Positions 36,001 to 47,304 of a stretch of DNA of 64,000 nucleotides are shown here, piece by piece. The position numbers and the translations under genes were made by a program. The stretch comes from an uncultured Ignavibacteria bacterium (GTDB lineage: Bacteria; Zixibacteria; MSB-5A5; SM1-73), in the NCBI GenBank assembly GCA_964348415.1, contig CAYGCR010000001.1, forward strand, positions 10,639 to 74,638. The letters run 5' to 3'. Position 1 is the stretch's first letter; the number at the start of each line of letters is the position of its first letter. The notes under the pieces are model-generated. The model was not told the DNA's origin, ran no database searches, and was given only the letters and a program-made list of their open reading frames with translations.

Positions 36001-38472
36001 TTAGTTTTCCTTATTCTGACGAGTCCGTCCGACCACATAAAATACAAACATAACCACAAGCAGCCCGGCTGTCAACAGTCCGGACGTCTTGCCAGCCCGG
36101 TAGGCACCGGACCGGAAGATGAACCTCACCTCGTGTTTCCCCGGCCCTAAATGAACCGCCCGGAAAAGATAGTCCGCCCGATATATTTTTGCCTCCTGGC
36201 CGTCCACGTACGCTTTCCACGACGGATAATAGTTCTCGCTCAAGACCAAAAAACCAGGCCGGGACAGTTCAGCTTTGACGATCATGCTGTTTATGTTATC
36301 CGTCTCAATCCAGGCGATACCGGAAGCCGACGAGGTGTCCGTTTCGGCCGAGTGAACTTCCGGCTCCTGCTCGAGGATGACGGAGTTTTTGTGATCGAAA
36401 TCCGGATGGGATATCCTGTTCAGGATTTCCTCCCGGTCTGCGATCACCTCGTAATCGAAGACGATCCGGGCGCGGGGAAGGTAATTCTGGTTCTGCAGCA
36501 CATAGACGCCATCGCCCTGAAATACCTGCTTGAATTTGGGGTCCTGCAGCGGCTGCCTGGAAACCAGGTATTTGGTGTTCAAAAGGTTCAGCTTGTTTCC
36601 CAAGATGAACTGTGAGTATCTTCTCCCGTATTCCTCCTGGGTTCCGGCTCCTTCCCGATAGCTTCTTTCGGTGAAATCGTCATAATCTTTCAGCTGGTTG
36701 CCGTGGTAACCGAAGACCTGTTGAACGTTGTACAGGGCTAGGGTATTTTGACCCTGGTAGGTCCGGGGAAGGGACAGTACCCGAAACTTGTCCTGGTCTT
36801 TCAGCAGAAAATCAATGGCGCTGTCTTTTCGGAAGTAGCTTTGATAGTCGAAATTTTGGATGAATTTCCCGTCCACCCGCCAAAGATCGAAAACCAAAAG
36901 GACTCCAATCCAGATAAAGAAACCGGAGCGCCCCAACTTCTGTTTGACCAAAAGATAGATCGCCGCAGCAGTCAGTCCCACCAACAAGAAGGCCATCCAG
37001 AATCCCTGTGCCATGCCCGGCAGATTCTGGCTTAGGGCCTGGGCCTTATACGGGTTTATGTCCGAATAGATAATTCCCGTCCAAATTGACAAAAGGGCAC
37101 TTCCTGCTGCGGAAAAAAGAAGAGCAAGGATCAGAAAGACTGCGGTGAGAATAAGAAGCAGTTTGAGCAGCCTTCTTTGTTCAGAGACGTTTTTCATCCC
37201 TTTCAGCAAGCGCTCCAGGAAAAGCGCGGACAGGAAGACTAAGGAGAAGACCAGCAGGAAAAGAATCAAGCCAGGCGCCCGAAAGCTCTTGACGCCTGGA
37301 ACCAGGTGATAGAAAAGCCTGTAGATGGGAGTATGTCCGCCCAAGGCATAGATCACCGCCAGGCCGGATAATCCCAGAAAAAACCACAGTTTCTTGTCCT
37401 TGACAAAGAAAAACGCAAGAAACGCAAATAGCAAGGGAATGATGCCTCCGTAGTCAGCGTTTTGCTTGAAGGGGTTCCTGCCCCAATAGGTGCTCTCCTG
37501 CTGAAGGTTATATCCGCAGAATTCCGGTACCACCTGAGAGGCCAGTTCCTCGGGATGAGACGACCATGAGACCGCATACTGGTATCCTCTGGCGCCCTCG
37601 GCTCTGGGCGAGTACTTGTTGACGTAAATGTAGGTGGGCAGTATTTGCACCAGCGACAGCGCAAGCCCGATGATCACGGCTATGACAAAAAGCGCGATCG
37701 GCTTGATCAGCGGTTTGACCCGCTGGGATTCGGCTTCCTTTTTGCGGGTGGAGAAGTCTAGTACCAGCCGGAAGATAAAATACAGACCAACCGCCCAAAG
37801 CGCGTAGTAAGCCAGCTGGGGGTGATTTGCCAGGATCAAAAGCCCTATGGACAATCCCAGCCCCAGATAGTAAACCCACTTTCGGGTGTCCAGACCCCTT
37901 TGAAGGAAGAAAAACAGCAAAGGCAGAAGGCTGGTCACGTACATCCTCCCGTCCTGACCTCCGTACACCCAGGAGACTAAATTGGCCGAAAACATATACG
38001 CCAACGCAGAGAATATGGAAACCAGCCTCGAAAATCTGAAAGCCCGCATACAAAGATAGGTGAAAACGCCGGCTAAGAAAACGGTCAACACCAGCTTCCA
38101 TCCCAAGGCTCGATGGAAGGGCAGGATGAATTGCAGGACGGCCAGAGGATAGAAGGCATCTCCGGCCATGGCATCCACGAAGGGAACGCCTCCGAAAAGG
38201 TAAGGATACCACAGAGGCATGGTATGATATTCCCTGACAAACGAGGACAAAAATGACCGGTACATCACCCCCGCTTCCACGGTATCGCTTCCGTAAAGCA
38301 TCTGATCGGAGAAGACGAAGCTGGAAAACAGGGTCATGGTCAGAAGGAACATCAAAACCCAGGGAAGATATCGCCAGAGTCTTTCCTGCTGCTGTGCGGT
38401 AAGACCCACACTTCTTCTTTTTTCGATCTTCTTGGCTTTTTTGGTTTTTTCTTTTCTTTTTTTCATGACCAA
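36001..38472 (-). CDS. YfhO-family multi-pass membrane protein (GT-C superfamily)
   Basis: PLWYPYLFGGVPF, many TM helices, C-terminal LVLSENYYPSWKAYVDG...ADYLFRAV. Confidence 0.85.
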   Translation of the reverse strand: MVMKKRKEKTKKAKKIEKRRSVGLTAQQQERLWRYLPWVLMFLLTMTLFSSFVFSDQMLYGSDTVEAGVMYRSFLSSFVREYHTMPLWYPYLFGGVPFVDAMAGDAFYPLAVLQFILPFHRALGWKLVLTVFLAGVFTYLCMRAFRFSRLVSIFSALAYMFSANLVSWVYGGQDGRMYVTSLLPLLFFFLQRGLDTRKWVYYLGLGLSIGLLILANHPQLAYYALWAVGLYFIFRLVLDFSTRKKEAESQRVKPLIKPIALFVIAVIIGLALSLVQILPTYIYVNKYSPRAEGARGYQYAVSWSSHPEELASQVVPEFCGYNLQQESTYWGRNPFKQNADYGGIIPLLFAFLAFFFVKDKKLWFFLGLSGLAVIYALGGHTPIYRLFYHLVPGVKSFRAPGLILFLLVFSLVFLSALFLERLLKGMKNVSEQRRLLKLLLILTAVFLILALLFSAAGSALLSIWTGIIYSDINPYKAQALSQNLPGMAQGFWMAFLLVGLTAAAIYLLVKQKLGRSGFFIWIGVLLVFDLWRVDGKFIQNFDYQSYFRKDSAIDFLLKDQDKFRVLSLPRTYQGQNTLALYNVQQVFGYHGNQLKDYDDFTERSYREGAGTQEEYGRRYSQFILGNKLNLLNTKYLVSRQPLQDPKFKQVFQGDGVYVLQNQNYLPRARIVFDYEVIADREEILNRISHPDFDHKNSVILEQEPEVHSAETDTSSASGIAWIETDNINSMIVKAELSRPGFLVLSENYYPSWKAYVDGQEAKIYRADYLFRAVHLGPGKHEVRFIFRSGAYRAGKTSGLLTAGLLVVMFVFYVVGRTRQNKEN

Positions 38473-38539
38473 GGAACAGTTGGCCTCTTTTCAATTCTCT
38501 GGCGAGACTACAAGTTCCGTGCCTTCGGCCCTGCCCTGT

Positions 38540-39466
38540 TCATTTCAAAGGTATGGCAATCAGAAAACATAAAAGCTCCGCAACCGTGACCCACAGGCGG
38601 GCAAGAAGAGCTATCAGAGTTGCCACCGGCAGGGGGAAGAAGGCAGGAAACATAGACGATAGCAAAACCACCAGGAGGCCTTCCCTCACCCCTATCCCAC
38701 CCGGAACGAACAGGGCCAAAAAACCAACGTTCACGGAGAAAGCAAAAGCACCGGTAAAGCTGGGATACATGGAAAAAGAAGCCTGGGCCAGCGCTTTTAC
38801 GAATACCAGGAATGCCAGTCCGAATAGAAGCCACGACACAGAGTAACACAAAAGGTAAATAATAACATCCTTGCTGTTGATATCAAGTGTAATTTTCTCC
38901 TTTTTCAAAATCTTCAACCCCATATTAACGGCTCTGCGGAGCAAGTCGGGGTAGACCACCAGCGCAATGACGGCCAGAGAGAACAAGCCCATCACTCCTA
39001 CCAGGGCTGGACTTTCGGAGAGAAACTCAGAATACAGGTTTACGCCCAGAAAGGCAAAGGCGATCAGCAGGCCGGACATCACCGAGCAGGTCTGGGCCAA
39101 GACCACCGTGGAAAAAGTGTTCTTGGTGGGCACTCCCCGTTTTTCCAGCATGTAGAGCATTCCCAGAAACTGCCAAACCTTTCCCGGAAGATATCTGCCC
39201 AGATTGGCGAAGAACCAGATTTTGAAAAGACCCGAATAGGAAATGGTCGAACCGCTGTGACGGAGAATCCAGCGCCAAATCTGAACCAGCCAGCAAAGCG
39301 CCATTATCTGAAAGACAAAGGAGATGATCAGAAGGGGATAGTTGAGTCTCCACTCGAAGCCCCTTACCTCATTCCAGTTGGCTATGACGCTTTTGACCAG
39401 GAAATAGAATATCAGAATGATAACGACGAGCTGCGCTGATCTGACTAGTATCTTCTTTGTATCCAT
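38540..39466 (-). CDS. Lysylphosphatidylglycerol synthase TM-domain (flippase-like) protein
   Basis: LGRYLPGKVW, VPGGIGVREG, multi-TM. Confidence 0.85.
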   Translation of the reverse strand: MDTKKILVRSAQLVVIILIFYFLVKSVIANWNEVRGFEWRLNYPLLIISFVFQIMALCWLVQIWRWILRHSGSTISYSGLFKIWFFANLGRYLPGKVWQFLGMLYMLEKRGVPTKNTFSTVVLAQTCSVMSGLLIAFAFLGVNLYSEFLSESPALVGVMGLFSLAVIALVVYPDLLRRAVNMGLKILKKEKITLDINSKDVIIYLLCYSVSWLLFGLAFLVFVKALAQASFSMYPSFTGAFAFSVNVGFLALFVPGGIGVREGLLVVLLSSMFPAFFPLPVATLIALLARLWVTVAELLCFLIAIPLK

Positions 39467-40650
39467 CGGAGCACTTCCACATACTTCTTGAGAAACGCCT
39501 CCTGGGAGAATCTTGCCTCGGCACTTCGGTAGCCGGCTTCTGACAGTCGGGAAGCCAGCGTCCTATCCCCCAGTACCTCCTCCACGGCAGATGCCAGACT
39601 TTCGTAATCTCCGGGCGGAAACAGAAGGCCGGTTTTTCCGTGCTCAATTATCTCCGGGATTCCGCCGGAGTCGGCTCCTATCACCGGCTTTCCGCACAAC
39701 TGCCCCTCCACCACAACCAATCCGAATCCTTCCTTGATGGAAGGAAGTATGACCATATGGCACTTGTTATAATATTGGTTTAGACTTTCCTGGGGCATAA
39801 GATCATAAAGGAAGACCTCTTTCTCCAGTCCCAGGTCCCTTATCAAGGCTTGCAGGTTTGCCTTCTCCGGACCTTCTCCAATGATCACCAGATCGAGCTT
39901 GTCCCGCTTTTGCAGAACCAGGTGAAATGCGCGAATCAAGGTAGCCAGGTCCTTTTGCCTGGTCAGTCGAGCCACACACAGAATCATCTTTCGTTCCCGC
40001 ACGGGAGTTTCCATCCGGTGGATCTTCTCCGGATCGATGGGCATGGGGAGGACGAAAACCTTGTCGGGAGCAACGCCCAGTTTGCCGGTCAACTGCGCCT
40101 TGATGAATTCTGAGACCACGGTGATTCCGGCGGCATGCTTAAACACCCACTTAGCCAGAGCGGAAAAGAGGGGATTGGTGCCGATCAGCCTGACGTCAGT
40201 GCCGTGAAGCGTCACCAAAAGGGGAAGGTTTCTCAGGCCTGAGACTACGCATCCCAACACCCCTGTGGGAATCCACCAGTGTGCATGAATGCACGACGGT
40301 CTCTTCTTCAGTGCGAGTTGGGAACCCGTGTGGAGAAAACGGTACAGAAAAAGAGGGCACAAGACAAATAGATTGAAGGGGTTTTTGACCACCATCTCCT
40401 GCATGCGCCCGGTGTAAGCCAGCCTTTCCCATTTCTCCGAAAAATACCGGAAGCGAAAGATCTCCACCCCCAGGATTTGCTCATGCCGAGCCAAACCCTT
40501 CTGGTGCGGCGCCAGAACCGAAACCTGCCAGTTCGCCCCGATCAGAAGCTTGGCCGCGACGAATATGTGTTTGCTTAAGATGTCCCCTCTGTACTTGATA
40601 AATGATTGGGTGAGTATCAATACTCTATCTTCAGGCGGTTTTGATGCCAA
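39445..40650 (-). CDS. Glycosyltransferase family 4
   Basis: HAHWWIP, TLHGTD, EGFGLVVVEGQLCGKPVI. Confidence 0.92.
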   Translation of the reverse strand: MASKPPEDRVLILTQSFIKYRGDILSKHIFVAAKLLIGANWQVSVLAPHQKGLARHEQILGVEIFRFRYFSEKWERLAYTGRMQEMVVKNPFNLFVLCPLFLYRFLHTGSQLALKKRPSCIHAHWWIPTGVLGCVVSGLRNLPLLVTLHGTDVRLIGTNPLFSALAKWVFKHAAGITVVSEFIKAQLTGKLGVAPDKVFVLPMPIDPEKIHRMETPVRERKMILCVARLTRQKDLATLIRAFHLVLQKRDKLDLVIIGEGPEKANLQALIRDLGLEKEVFLYDLMPQESLNQYYNKCHMVILPSIKEGFGLVVVEGQLCGKPVIGADSGGIPEIIEHGKTGLLFPPGDYESLASAVEEVLGDRTLASRLSEAGYRSAEARFSQEAFLKKYVEVLRWIQRRY

Positions 40651-42325
40651 GGGTTATCTTTGCTCCTTTTCGTATTCCATCCAGCTTCACCAGAGTATTA
40701 TCCCCTTCTGTCACCATATCAAAATTGCATCCATCCACGCTCGTTTTCCCTGCTTTTGCGCCGATCAGTTCCAAGCTAATCTTGTCCAAAGAATCGGATG
40801 CCGCAAGCTCCCAGGATGACTCTTTATCCCCGGCAGATCGACACTTCAGTTCCAGACTCTTTCTTTTCCTCCACCACTCGGCCAGCTGGCTTCCCGGGGC
40901 TACAAAATAACCCTTCTGGTGCACAAAATCCAATATTTCCTCATACAGCCGGGGATAGCCGGAAAACCCCAGTTCATCGACCATGTGAGTATGCCAGAGT
41001 ATGGTGACCATTCCACCCAAGCCCTCCAATTCCTGGAACCTGCTGATGATGTCTTCTTTTATCTGTTTTGGGGAGAAGGAGAGGTACTTGGAATAAGTCC
41101 GGTCCATTACCGCCAGAGGCAATTCCAAAAGGTCCAGCTTCCGGTCATTCTGCAGATCATAGACATCAAAGGGGAAGGCAAAGCTGGCTCGGTAACCCGA
41201 TTGGTCGGCAAACCCCAGGCTGGTATCGTAGGAGAAGTGGCAGTCTTGGTGATCTATCCAGCTTTGGGGGATTCTGAGTCTCAGGAAGTGTTGTCTGATC
41301 CCCCGGACGGGAGACCCGACCAAGCGCCTGAGCTCTTCCTTTTCCTCCCATAACAATCGGGAATTGAGAAAAGTGTGGTAACTGGCGTGCAGGCCCACCT
41401 CCAGTCCTTTCGACAAAAGCTCTTTGGCTCTATCGAGAATCTCGGGACTGGCAAGATCATAGGTCAGATCAGAGCTCAAAACGGACTTGACCCCCGGCCT
41501 TCCGGTCATGAAATAAAAAGAGGATTTGAAAGAGAAGTTCTCTTCTGCAGAAGTTATCTGCTCGAAGGCCAGAGCCGGGTTCTTGCCGGAGAAAAGTCCT
41601 TTGGACAGGCTCCAGAAGGTCTTGAGCAAAGATGAGAGCCGACCGCTTCTTATCAACTCAAGACACCGGACCATCGAATACAGATACCATTTTTTGATGA
41701 TGTCGACGTCGTGGGTCAAACAGACGGCCAGCTTCTCTGCATTGGGCCAGAAGCATCTTCTGATCAGGGGGATGTTCTTGGAGCGGGCGACTTGGCAGAT
41801 GATCTCCAGCAGGAGCTTGAGATATTCGTTCACCACCGCCCTTTGAGAAAACCCGTGTTTAAAAGGGATGCTCTCCGGTGTGGGGAAGCGGCCGTGCTTG
41901 TCGAAGGTTCCCGTTTCCGTCTCCTCCCGGCGAGACAGGAAGAAGAAGGACGAGAAGATCAGATCGGCATTCACAACTACCGGGCCGTGCGCGGAGTGCA
42001 CGACTTCTTGAGGAAGCTCGACTCCCTTTTTGCCCAGGACCGGAAGCTTTCTGCCGTCAGGAGTTACCGGAAACCCGACTTGGATCGAGTCGGTGCTTTC
42101 GGTCCAGTTCTCCGATATGATTATGGTCTCGGTTTTTCCTTGGCTGTTCTTTTTCCAATCGGTGGATGTTCCGTAGACGACCAGGATGCCTGGGGTGATC
42201 TTGTCGCGCTCCCCTGAGTTCACGAAAGCATAAGGGAAACCTAACGTATCGAAGAGCACCTCGAATGCGTATCTGGCTTTCTTGACGTGTGCTGGACTGC
42301 AATCCAGTAGGACGTAGATGCACAT
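40631..42325 (-). CDS. Polysaccharide deacetylase family protein
   Basis: CLTHDVD, EVGLHAS, RQHFLR, YDTSLGF, TILWH. Confidence 0.85.
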   Translation of the reverse strand: MCIYVLLDCSPAHVKKARYAFEVLFDTLGFPYAFVNSGERDKITPGILVVYGTSTDWKKNSQGKTETIIISENWTESTDSIQVGFPVTPDGRKLPVLGKKGVELPQEVVHSAHGPVVVNADLIFSSFFFLSRREETETGTFDKHGRFPTPESIPFKHGFSQRAVVNEYLKLLLEIICQVARSKNIPLIRRCFWPNAEKLAVCLTHDVDIIKKWYLYSMVRCLELIRSGRLSSLLKTFWSLSKGLFSGKNPALAFEQITSAEENFSFKSSFYFMTGRPGVKSVLSSDLTYDLASPEILDRAKELLSKGLEVGLHASYHTFLNSRLLWEEKEELRRLVGSPVRGIRQHFLRLRIPQSWIDHQDCHFSYDTSLGFADQSGYRASFAFPFDVYDLQNDRKLDLLELPLAVMDRTYSKYLSFSPKQIKEDIISRFQELEGLGGMVTILWHTHMVDELGFSGYPRLYEEILDFVHQKGYFVAPGSQLAEWWRKRKSLELKCRSAGDKESSWELAASDSLDKISLELIGAKAGKTSVDGCNFDMVTEGDNTLVKLDGIRKGAKITLGIKTA

Positions 42326-42327
42326 GT

Positions 42328-42780
42328 TTACTGGGTTCGCTCGAGTTTTCTGATTATCTTGGCGGGTATTCCGCCCACGATATGGTAAGGGGGAACGTCT
42401 TCTGTGACCACCGATCCGGCCCCCACCACGGCACCCTCGCCGATGGTCACGTTAGGCAAGATTATGGCACCGCATCCGATCCAGGCATCATTCCGGATTA
42501 TCACCTTACCCCGCTGCACCGGGGCAAAGGACCGGATCTTAGAAAAATTGGGGTGAGACGAGGTGACTATGGTCACCCGGGGAGCAAAGCTGACCCGGTC
42601 GCCGATCACCACATTGCCCTTGTCCGCCAGTTCCTCGACGATGATGAAGTCGTCTGCGATATAGACATCTTTGCCAATTTTGAAATGGCACATGCGCAGA
42701 AGCGAAATTCTCCACTTGTACCAGATGCAGTTCCGGGCTAAAGTCTTCAAGATCTTCTTTTTCAGTTTGAAGAATTTCAT
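42328..42780 (-). CDS. Hexapeptide-repeat acyltransferase
   Basis: [33 protein letters not shown]. Confidence 0.9.
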   Translation of the reverse strand: MKFFKLKKKILKTLARNCIWYKWRISLLRMCHFKIGKDVYIADDFIIVEELADKGNVVIGDRVSFAPRVTIVTSSHPNFSKIRSFAPVQRGKVIIRNDAWIGCGAIILPNVTIGEGAVVGAGSVVTEDVPPYHIVGGIPAKIIRKLERTQ

Positions 42781-42781
42781 G

Positions 42782-43825
42782 TCAGGCCAGATGTTTGTAC
42801 AGAAATGCTCCCTTTCGGGTCAACCATATGGGCATCCTCTTCCACGTGCCGGTGAGGAGCCGGAACTTCCATCCCGCCCGGTCGGTGGCTCCCACGCCTC
42901 TTATTTCCGGCCAGTAATAATAATACAAGTCTTTTTCTTGAGCGCCCCATCTTTTCTTGAATTCGGCTAAGCCCGTGTTATCTTGAGATACTCTTCCCAG
43001 ATCAAACACGCGGTAGTCATTCTCCATGGCCCAAAGCATGGTCTGCCACAGCAGCAGATGGTTGGGGCGACAGAACAGATACTTCGGATCGGATGCCCCA
43101 TACATGTAATAAACCTTGTCCTTGAACAGGAAAAAGAAAGCCCCGGCCACGGGTCTTTCCTGATATCTGGCCAGAACCAGCTTGGCCAGACCATTCTGCA
43201 CCAGCATGTGCCGGACGTTCTTTAAAAACGAATAAGGCTGAGGGGGAATTCCGTGAAACCGACACGTCCCCAGGTTCAGCCTCCAGAAGTCTCTCAGCCC
43301 TGCTTCGGTTTCCGAGAATTCGATTTTCACTCCATCCTTCTTGGCTTTGTTTATGCTTCTCTGAGTGCTGCTCTTGTGCAGATTCCGCCAGTTTGCGTCC
43401 GGATCGGCCAGGTGCACGATGTAAGTTCGATAGTAGTCGCTGGCATGAAACCCCAGGCTCTCGGCAGCTCCCTCTTCATGGTCGGCTTTTATCTCGAAGT
43501 ATTTTGATCCCGTCTTTTCAGCAATCCGCAAGCCTTCCTCAAGCAGGCGTAGAGCGATCTGGTGGGAGTCGGCCAGGGGGCCGCAGACATAGGAAAATGG
43601 CAAGGACGCCATTCTCTTGCCGGTCAACCGACTATCGACGAACAAAAGCGGCAGGACGCCGGTGATCTTTCGGTCTTGCTCTTGGGAGCAAAGATAGTGC
43701 GGTTGGAAGCGGAATGATTGCTCGATTACCTTTTTCCAGATCAAAAGGTGAAAGAAGGATGAGCCTTGGTTTCGAAAAACGTACTCATCCCAGGCCTTTT
43801 CATCCGTGACGCGGGTTATTTGCAT
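42782..43825 (-). CDS. FemAB-like GNAT family protein
   Basis: [27 protein letters not shown]; start set at ATG 43825. Confidence 0.85.
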   Translation of the reverse strand: MQITRVTDEKAWDEYVFRNQGSSFFHLLIWKKVIEQSFRFQPHYLCSQEQDRKITGVLPLLFVDSRLTGKRMASLPFSYVCGPLADSHQIALRLLEEGLRIAEKTGSKYFEIKADHEEGAAESLGFHASDYYRTYIVHLADPDANWRNLHKSSTQRSINKAKKDGVKIEFSETEAGLRDFWRLNLGTCRFHGIPPQPYSFLKNVRHMLVQNGLAKLVLARYQERPVAGAFFFLFKDKVYYMYGASDPKYLFCRPNHLLLWQTMLWAMENDYRVFDLGRVSQDNTGLAEFKKRWGAQEKDLYYYYWPEIRGVGATDRAGWKFRLLTGTWKRMPIWLTRKGAFLYKHLA

Positions 43826-44843
43826 TCGTGTTTCCGGGACGTCCGGAATTTTGAGGGGGTTTTTTGCCATGCGATCTAAAACGATCGAAACGTCTTGCCT
43901 TTGTTCCGGCGGCTGGCCTGGTCAGTTTTACCCGCAGATTCTCGATTTCCTCTCTGATTCCGGTCATGGCCTCGGCCAAAAATCCTAATGCGAAAAATGA
44001 AATACCGGAGAGAACCAACAGAATCACCAGGTAGAGAAGTGGCCTCAAGCCTTCATGTTTTGCTATTCTCAAGTAAACGGCGACTCCTCCGGTCAAAACG
44101 CCCAACAGTATCAACAGCAGTCCCAAAGAGCCGAACAAAAGCAAGGGCTTTTTCATAAAGGAAAGCTGGAATTTAACCGAAAGCAGATCCAGAAAACCAA
44201 TGGGGATTCTCCACAACCCGAACTTGGACTGACCGAATCTGCGTGGATGTAGTTTCACCTTTACCTCTCCGATATTGTACCCTTTATGTGCCGCCATCAC
44301 CACCATGTATCTGTGCCAGTCCTTGCGCATGGGCACATCGTCAACCACCTCCCGGCGGAAGGCTTTGACCGAGTTGAGATCATGCACTTTGATCCCGAAC
44401 ACGATCCGGGAGAGAAGATTATAAAAGAAGGAGACGAATCTCTTCAAACCGTATGATCCCTGTTTCCATCCGCAGACCACATCGTATCCGTCGTCTATTC
44501 TCTCCACCAGCTTGGGGACGTCCCCAGGTAGGTATTGAAGATCGGCTGGCCAGAAGACAAATATCCTTCCTCGGGCCCTCGCGAATCCGGTCATCAGAGC
44601 CTGGGTAAGACCCAGGTTCCTCTTGTGAGCTGCCACCCGCAGGAAATTATATTTCTCCTGACATTCCTTGGCTTTAAGAAAGGTTCCGTCGGAGGAGCCG
44701 TCATCCACCAGGATCACCTCCCCGTTCATTCTGGTGGAGGCGAACATCTTCGCGAATTCCTGCATCAAAGGAGGGATATTGTCCACTTCGTTATAAGCCG
44801 GAACCACCACCGAGACCTTAACATTTAAATCGTTTCTTCGCAT
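43800..44843 (-). CDS. Undecaprenyl-phosphate glycosyltransferase (ArnC-like GT2)
   Basis: VVPAYNE, VDDGSSDGT, DLNSVKAFRR, RRFGQSKFG, two C-terminal TM helices. Confidence 0.88.
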   Translation of the reverse strand: MRRNDLNVKVSVVVPAYNEVDNIPPLMQEFAKMFASTRMNGEVILVDDGSSDGTFLKAKECQEKYNFLRVAAHKRNLGLTQALMTGFARARGRIFVFWPADLQYLPGDVPKLVERIDDGYDVVCGWKQGSYGLKRFVSFFYNLLSRIVFGIKVHDLNSVKAFRREVVDDVPMRKDWHRYMVVMAAHKGYNIGEVKVKLHPRRFGQSKFGLWRIPIGFLDLLSVKFQLSFMKKPLLLFGSLGLLLILLGVLTGGVAVYLRIAKHEGLRPLLYLVILLVLSGISFFALGFLAEAMTGIREEIENLRVKLTRPAAGTKARRFDRFRSHGKKPPQNSGRPGNTNANNPRHG

Positions 44844-44847
44844 AATC

Positions 44848-47091
44848 TCAGTATCCTTTTACTCTTTCCAATTCTTCCGCCAGCTGGGCGTTCCCTGGGA
44901 AAAGCTCCAGAGACTTTTCCCACTGGGCAATTCCCATTGATCTGTAGCCGTCGTCACCGGTTACACTTGCCATGACCATGTACACTGAGCCTAGCTGCTG
45001 GCGGATCACAAAGTCAGTAGGATGGAACCCTGCCGCCCGCCTCAATGAGCTTATGGACTTCTCAAGCTGACGGATGTTAAAGTAAAGTTCTGCCAGTGCC
45101 TGGTACCCGCTGAAGCTATTCGGATGCTCGGACACGAACTTCTCGAATACGACCAAAGCTGAATCGCCCTTGCCTGCTTCTTTCAGCAACTTTGCGGTCT
45201 CAAAATCTGACAGTTGATACCTCTCCGTCTCGGAGTTGCCGGTCCATTCCCCTATTCTATAGATATCGACCGGAATGTTCCTGAGCCAATAGGTGACCAC
45301 GACTCTAGCTTTGTTCATCACCTGGGGATAGTCCTGAAAAGCTCTCTCCTGATTTTTTCCCCTTTCCAGAGCCAGATGAGTGATTGGGTAGGTGAGGAAA
45401 AGCTCTGGGTCGGGTTCGGTGACTCCGAACATGTGGATCAAATTCTTCAGCTGGTTATCCCATGCCAAGGCCGGTCCATAAGGGCCCGAGACCATGGCCT
45501 GGTCATTTAGAATCTCCCCCAAATCCAGAGACGATCGGTAAAGAGAATACGTTGGGTTGGAAGCCCAGGTGGCATACTGCAAACCGTTGACCGTAATCGA
45601 AATTACGGCCAGGGCCAGCACCGTTAAAAACCTCTGTCCCAAGCTAAGCCTTCTTGTTTGCGCAGCGCCGTCTGCCTTGGCTCTGCCTCTGGATCGGGCA
45701 AGCCGCCAGGCATACAGGGCTCCCAAGAGCAGGGTGACAGCCAGAGAGACAAGAAGAGTGTAGAGCAATGGAACCGGTTTCTCACCTAGCAGGTAATAAG
45801 TGCTGATTACATGATTAACACAAAACGCTATGGCCGCCGCAAAAACGATCCAGAATAGAATTCCGGGCGACCGCTTTCCTTTGGAGTCAAAAGAGGAGAG
45901 GAAAGAATCCAGCCATAATCCCGCCATGGCGCAAATGGGAGGAATCAGATACAGCTGGTAGCGTAGCGGCCTGTAGTTCAGAATCATCAACAGGAAGAAA
46001 GCCACCAGAAACCATAACACCAAAAACAACTCAGATTTGGACCTGGGATCTCTGCGCTTGATTAGTTTCTTGAGGGGTCCGGCGTTTCGAAAAAGCAGGA
46101 GAAGTCCCAACAAAGACAGCACAAAGACTACGGGCATACGATAGAAAAACGAGACAAAGACAACGTCCGTGCCAAAGGTGAACAGAGCATCAATGAACCC
46201 GAGAACGGATTGGAGGGCGACCGGAAAGCCGTAAAGACCCAATGCCTGCTCACCCAGATAACCTGCCACCTCCTTCTTGGCAGGCAGATAGCTGAAGAAG
46301 ACCCAGAACACGGTTACCGAAAGAAAGCCTGCAGCAAACAACAAAGCAGGTTTGAAGTCGACCTTGCGGCTGGTTTGAGTGGAATGGTCAAACGTCCACA
46401 AAAGCAGGACCCCAAAACAAGCCGGCAGTATGAATGCCGCCATGGTCTTTCCGAAAAAGACCGCCGCGGCAAAGCAGATGCCTGATGGTATCAAAAGGAG
46501 GCTTTTCGTAAAGGATAAGACCATGAAATAAAACCCCAGGGTCAGAAGGAACATGGCGGAGATCTCCAGAAACGGATTGCGGCCGTACATAGTGAAAACA
46601 AAGTTTACGGCCAGGAAGAACAGGGACAAGAATGCTGCTCGCTTGCCGAAGACCTTTCTAATAGCCAGAAACAAAAGCAGCATGGTGAGAAGATTCAGTA
46701 TCACCGCCACCAGATTGGCTTGAAATCTGCCTGTGCCGAAGATGGAAAAGACGATGTACGATGCCAAGGAACTGAAAGATTTCAAAAAGAAGACGAAGCG
46801 ATTATGTCCGAAAAGGTCCCAGCTGCCCCACAGGACGTTATTCCTGGCAAAATAGGTATATTGAGGCGGGTCGGTGGCCACATCCTGACTCCAGGAGATG
46901 TGAGGGGGATCGGAATTCAGGAAGAGCAATCCCCCCATGAGGGCCAACCCCATGATCAAACAGAATAGCAGGATTTCAAAAGCTCTTGAGGAGAAGACCG
47001 GGTTTTTGAAAAACTCAGTTAAGGCGGACTTTTTCTCTGTCGAGCCCTTCGGTGCTGACTGTTTTATTGACTTTTTCCTTTTTGATTTCAT
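44848..47091 (-). CDS. ArnT/PMT-like GT-C glycosyltransferase with C-terminal TPR
   Basis: Multi-TM body, D-x-x-x-Y after the first helix (DPPQY), C-terminal TPR-like helices. Confidence 0.8.
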   Translation of the reverse strand: MKSKRKKSIKQSAPKGSTEKKSALTEFFKNPVFSSRAFEILLFCLIMGLALMGGLLFLNSDPPHISWSQDVATDPPQYTYFARNNVLWGSWDLFGHNRFVFFLKSFSSLASYIVFSIFGTGRFQANLVAVILNLLTMLLLFLAIRKVFGKRAAFLSLFFLAVNFVFTMYGRNPFLEISAMFLLTLGFYFMVLSFTKSLLLIPSGICFAAAVFFGKTMAAFILPACFGVLLLWTFDHSTQTSRKVDFKPALLFAAGFLSVTVFWVFFSYLPAKKEVAGYLGEQALGLYGFPVALQSVLGFIDALFTFGTDVVFVSFFYRMPVVFVLSLLGLLLLFRNAGPLKKLIKRRDPRSKSELFLVLWFLVAFFLLMILNYRPLRYQLYLIPPICAMAGLWLDSFLSSFDSKGKRSPGILFWIVFAAAIAFCVNHVISTYYLLGEKPVPLLYTLLVSLAVTLLLGALYAWRLARSRGRAKADGAAQTRRLSLGQRFLTVLALAVISITVNGLQYATWASNPTYSLYRSSLDLGEILNDQAMVSGPYGPALAWDNQLKNLIHMFGVTEPDPELFLTYPITHLALERGKNQERAFQDYPQVMNKARVVVTYWLRNIPVDIYRIGEWTGNSETERYQLSDFETAKLLKEAGKGDSALVVFEKFVSEHPNSFSGYQALAELYFNIRQLEKSISSLRRAAGFHPTDFVIRQQLGSVYMVMASVTGDDGYRSMGIAQWEKSLELFPGNAQLAEELERVKGY

Positions 47092-47304
47092 TTATCGTCT
47101 ACCCAAGACCGTGACTGTGGCTTTCAGTTATGGCTCCAGTTCGACTGGCTCAGCAGGACAAAATCCCGGCCTCACCCCCTTAGTCCCCCTCTCCACAAAC
47201 TGGAGAGAGGGAAACAGGGGAATAGCCAAACGATCTTTTTTCTGTTTACACTTTCTTCCGTCGTCTCTCGGGACCTGTTGATCTGTCCTGGATAAGTCCT
47301 GCTC

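Noticed and set aside
47168-47222. CCCCTCTCC...GGAGAGAGGG hairpin
   Set aside because: A common intergenic palindrome type seen only once here; not informative.
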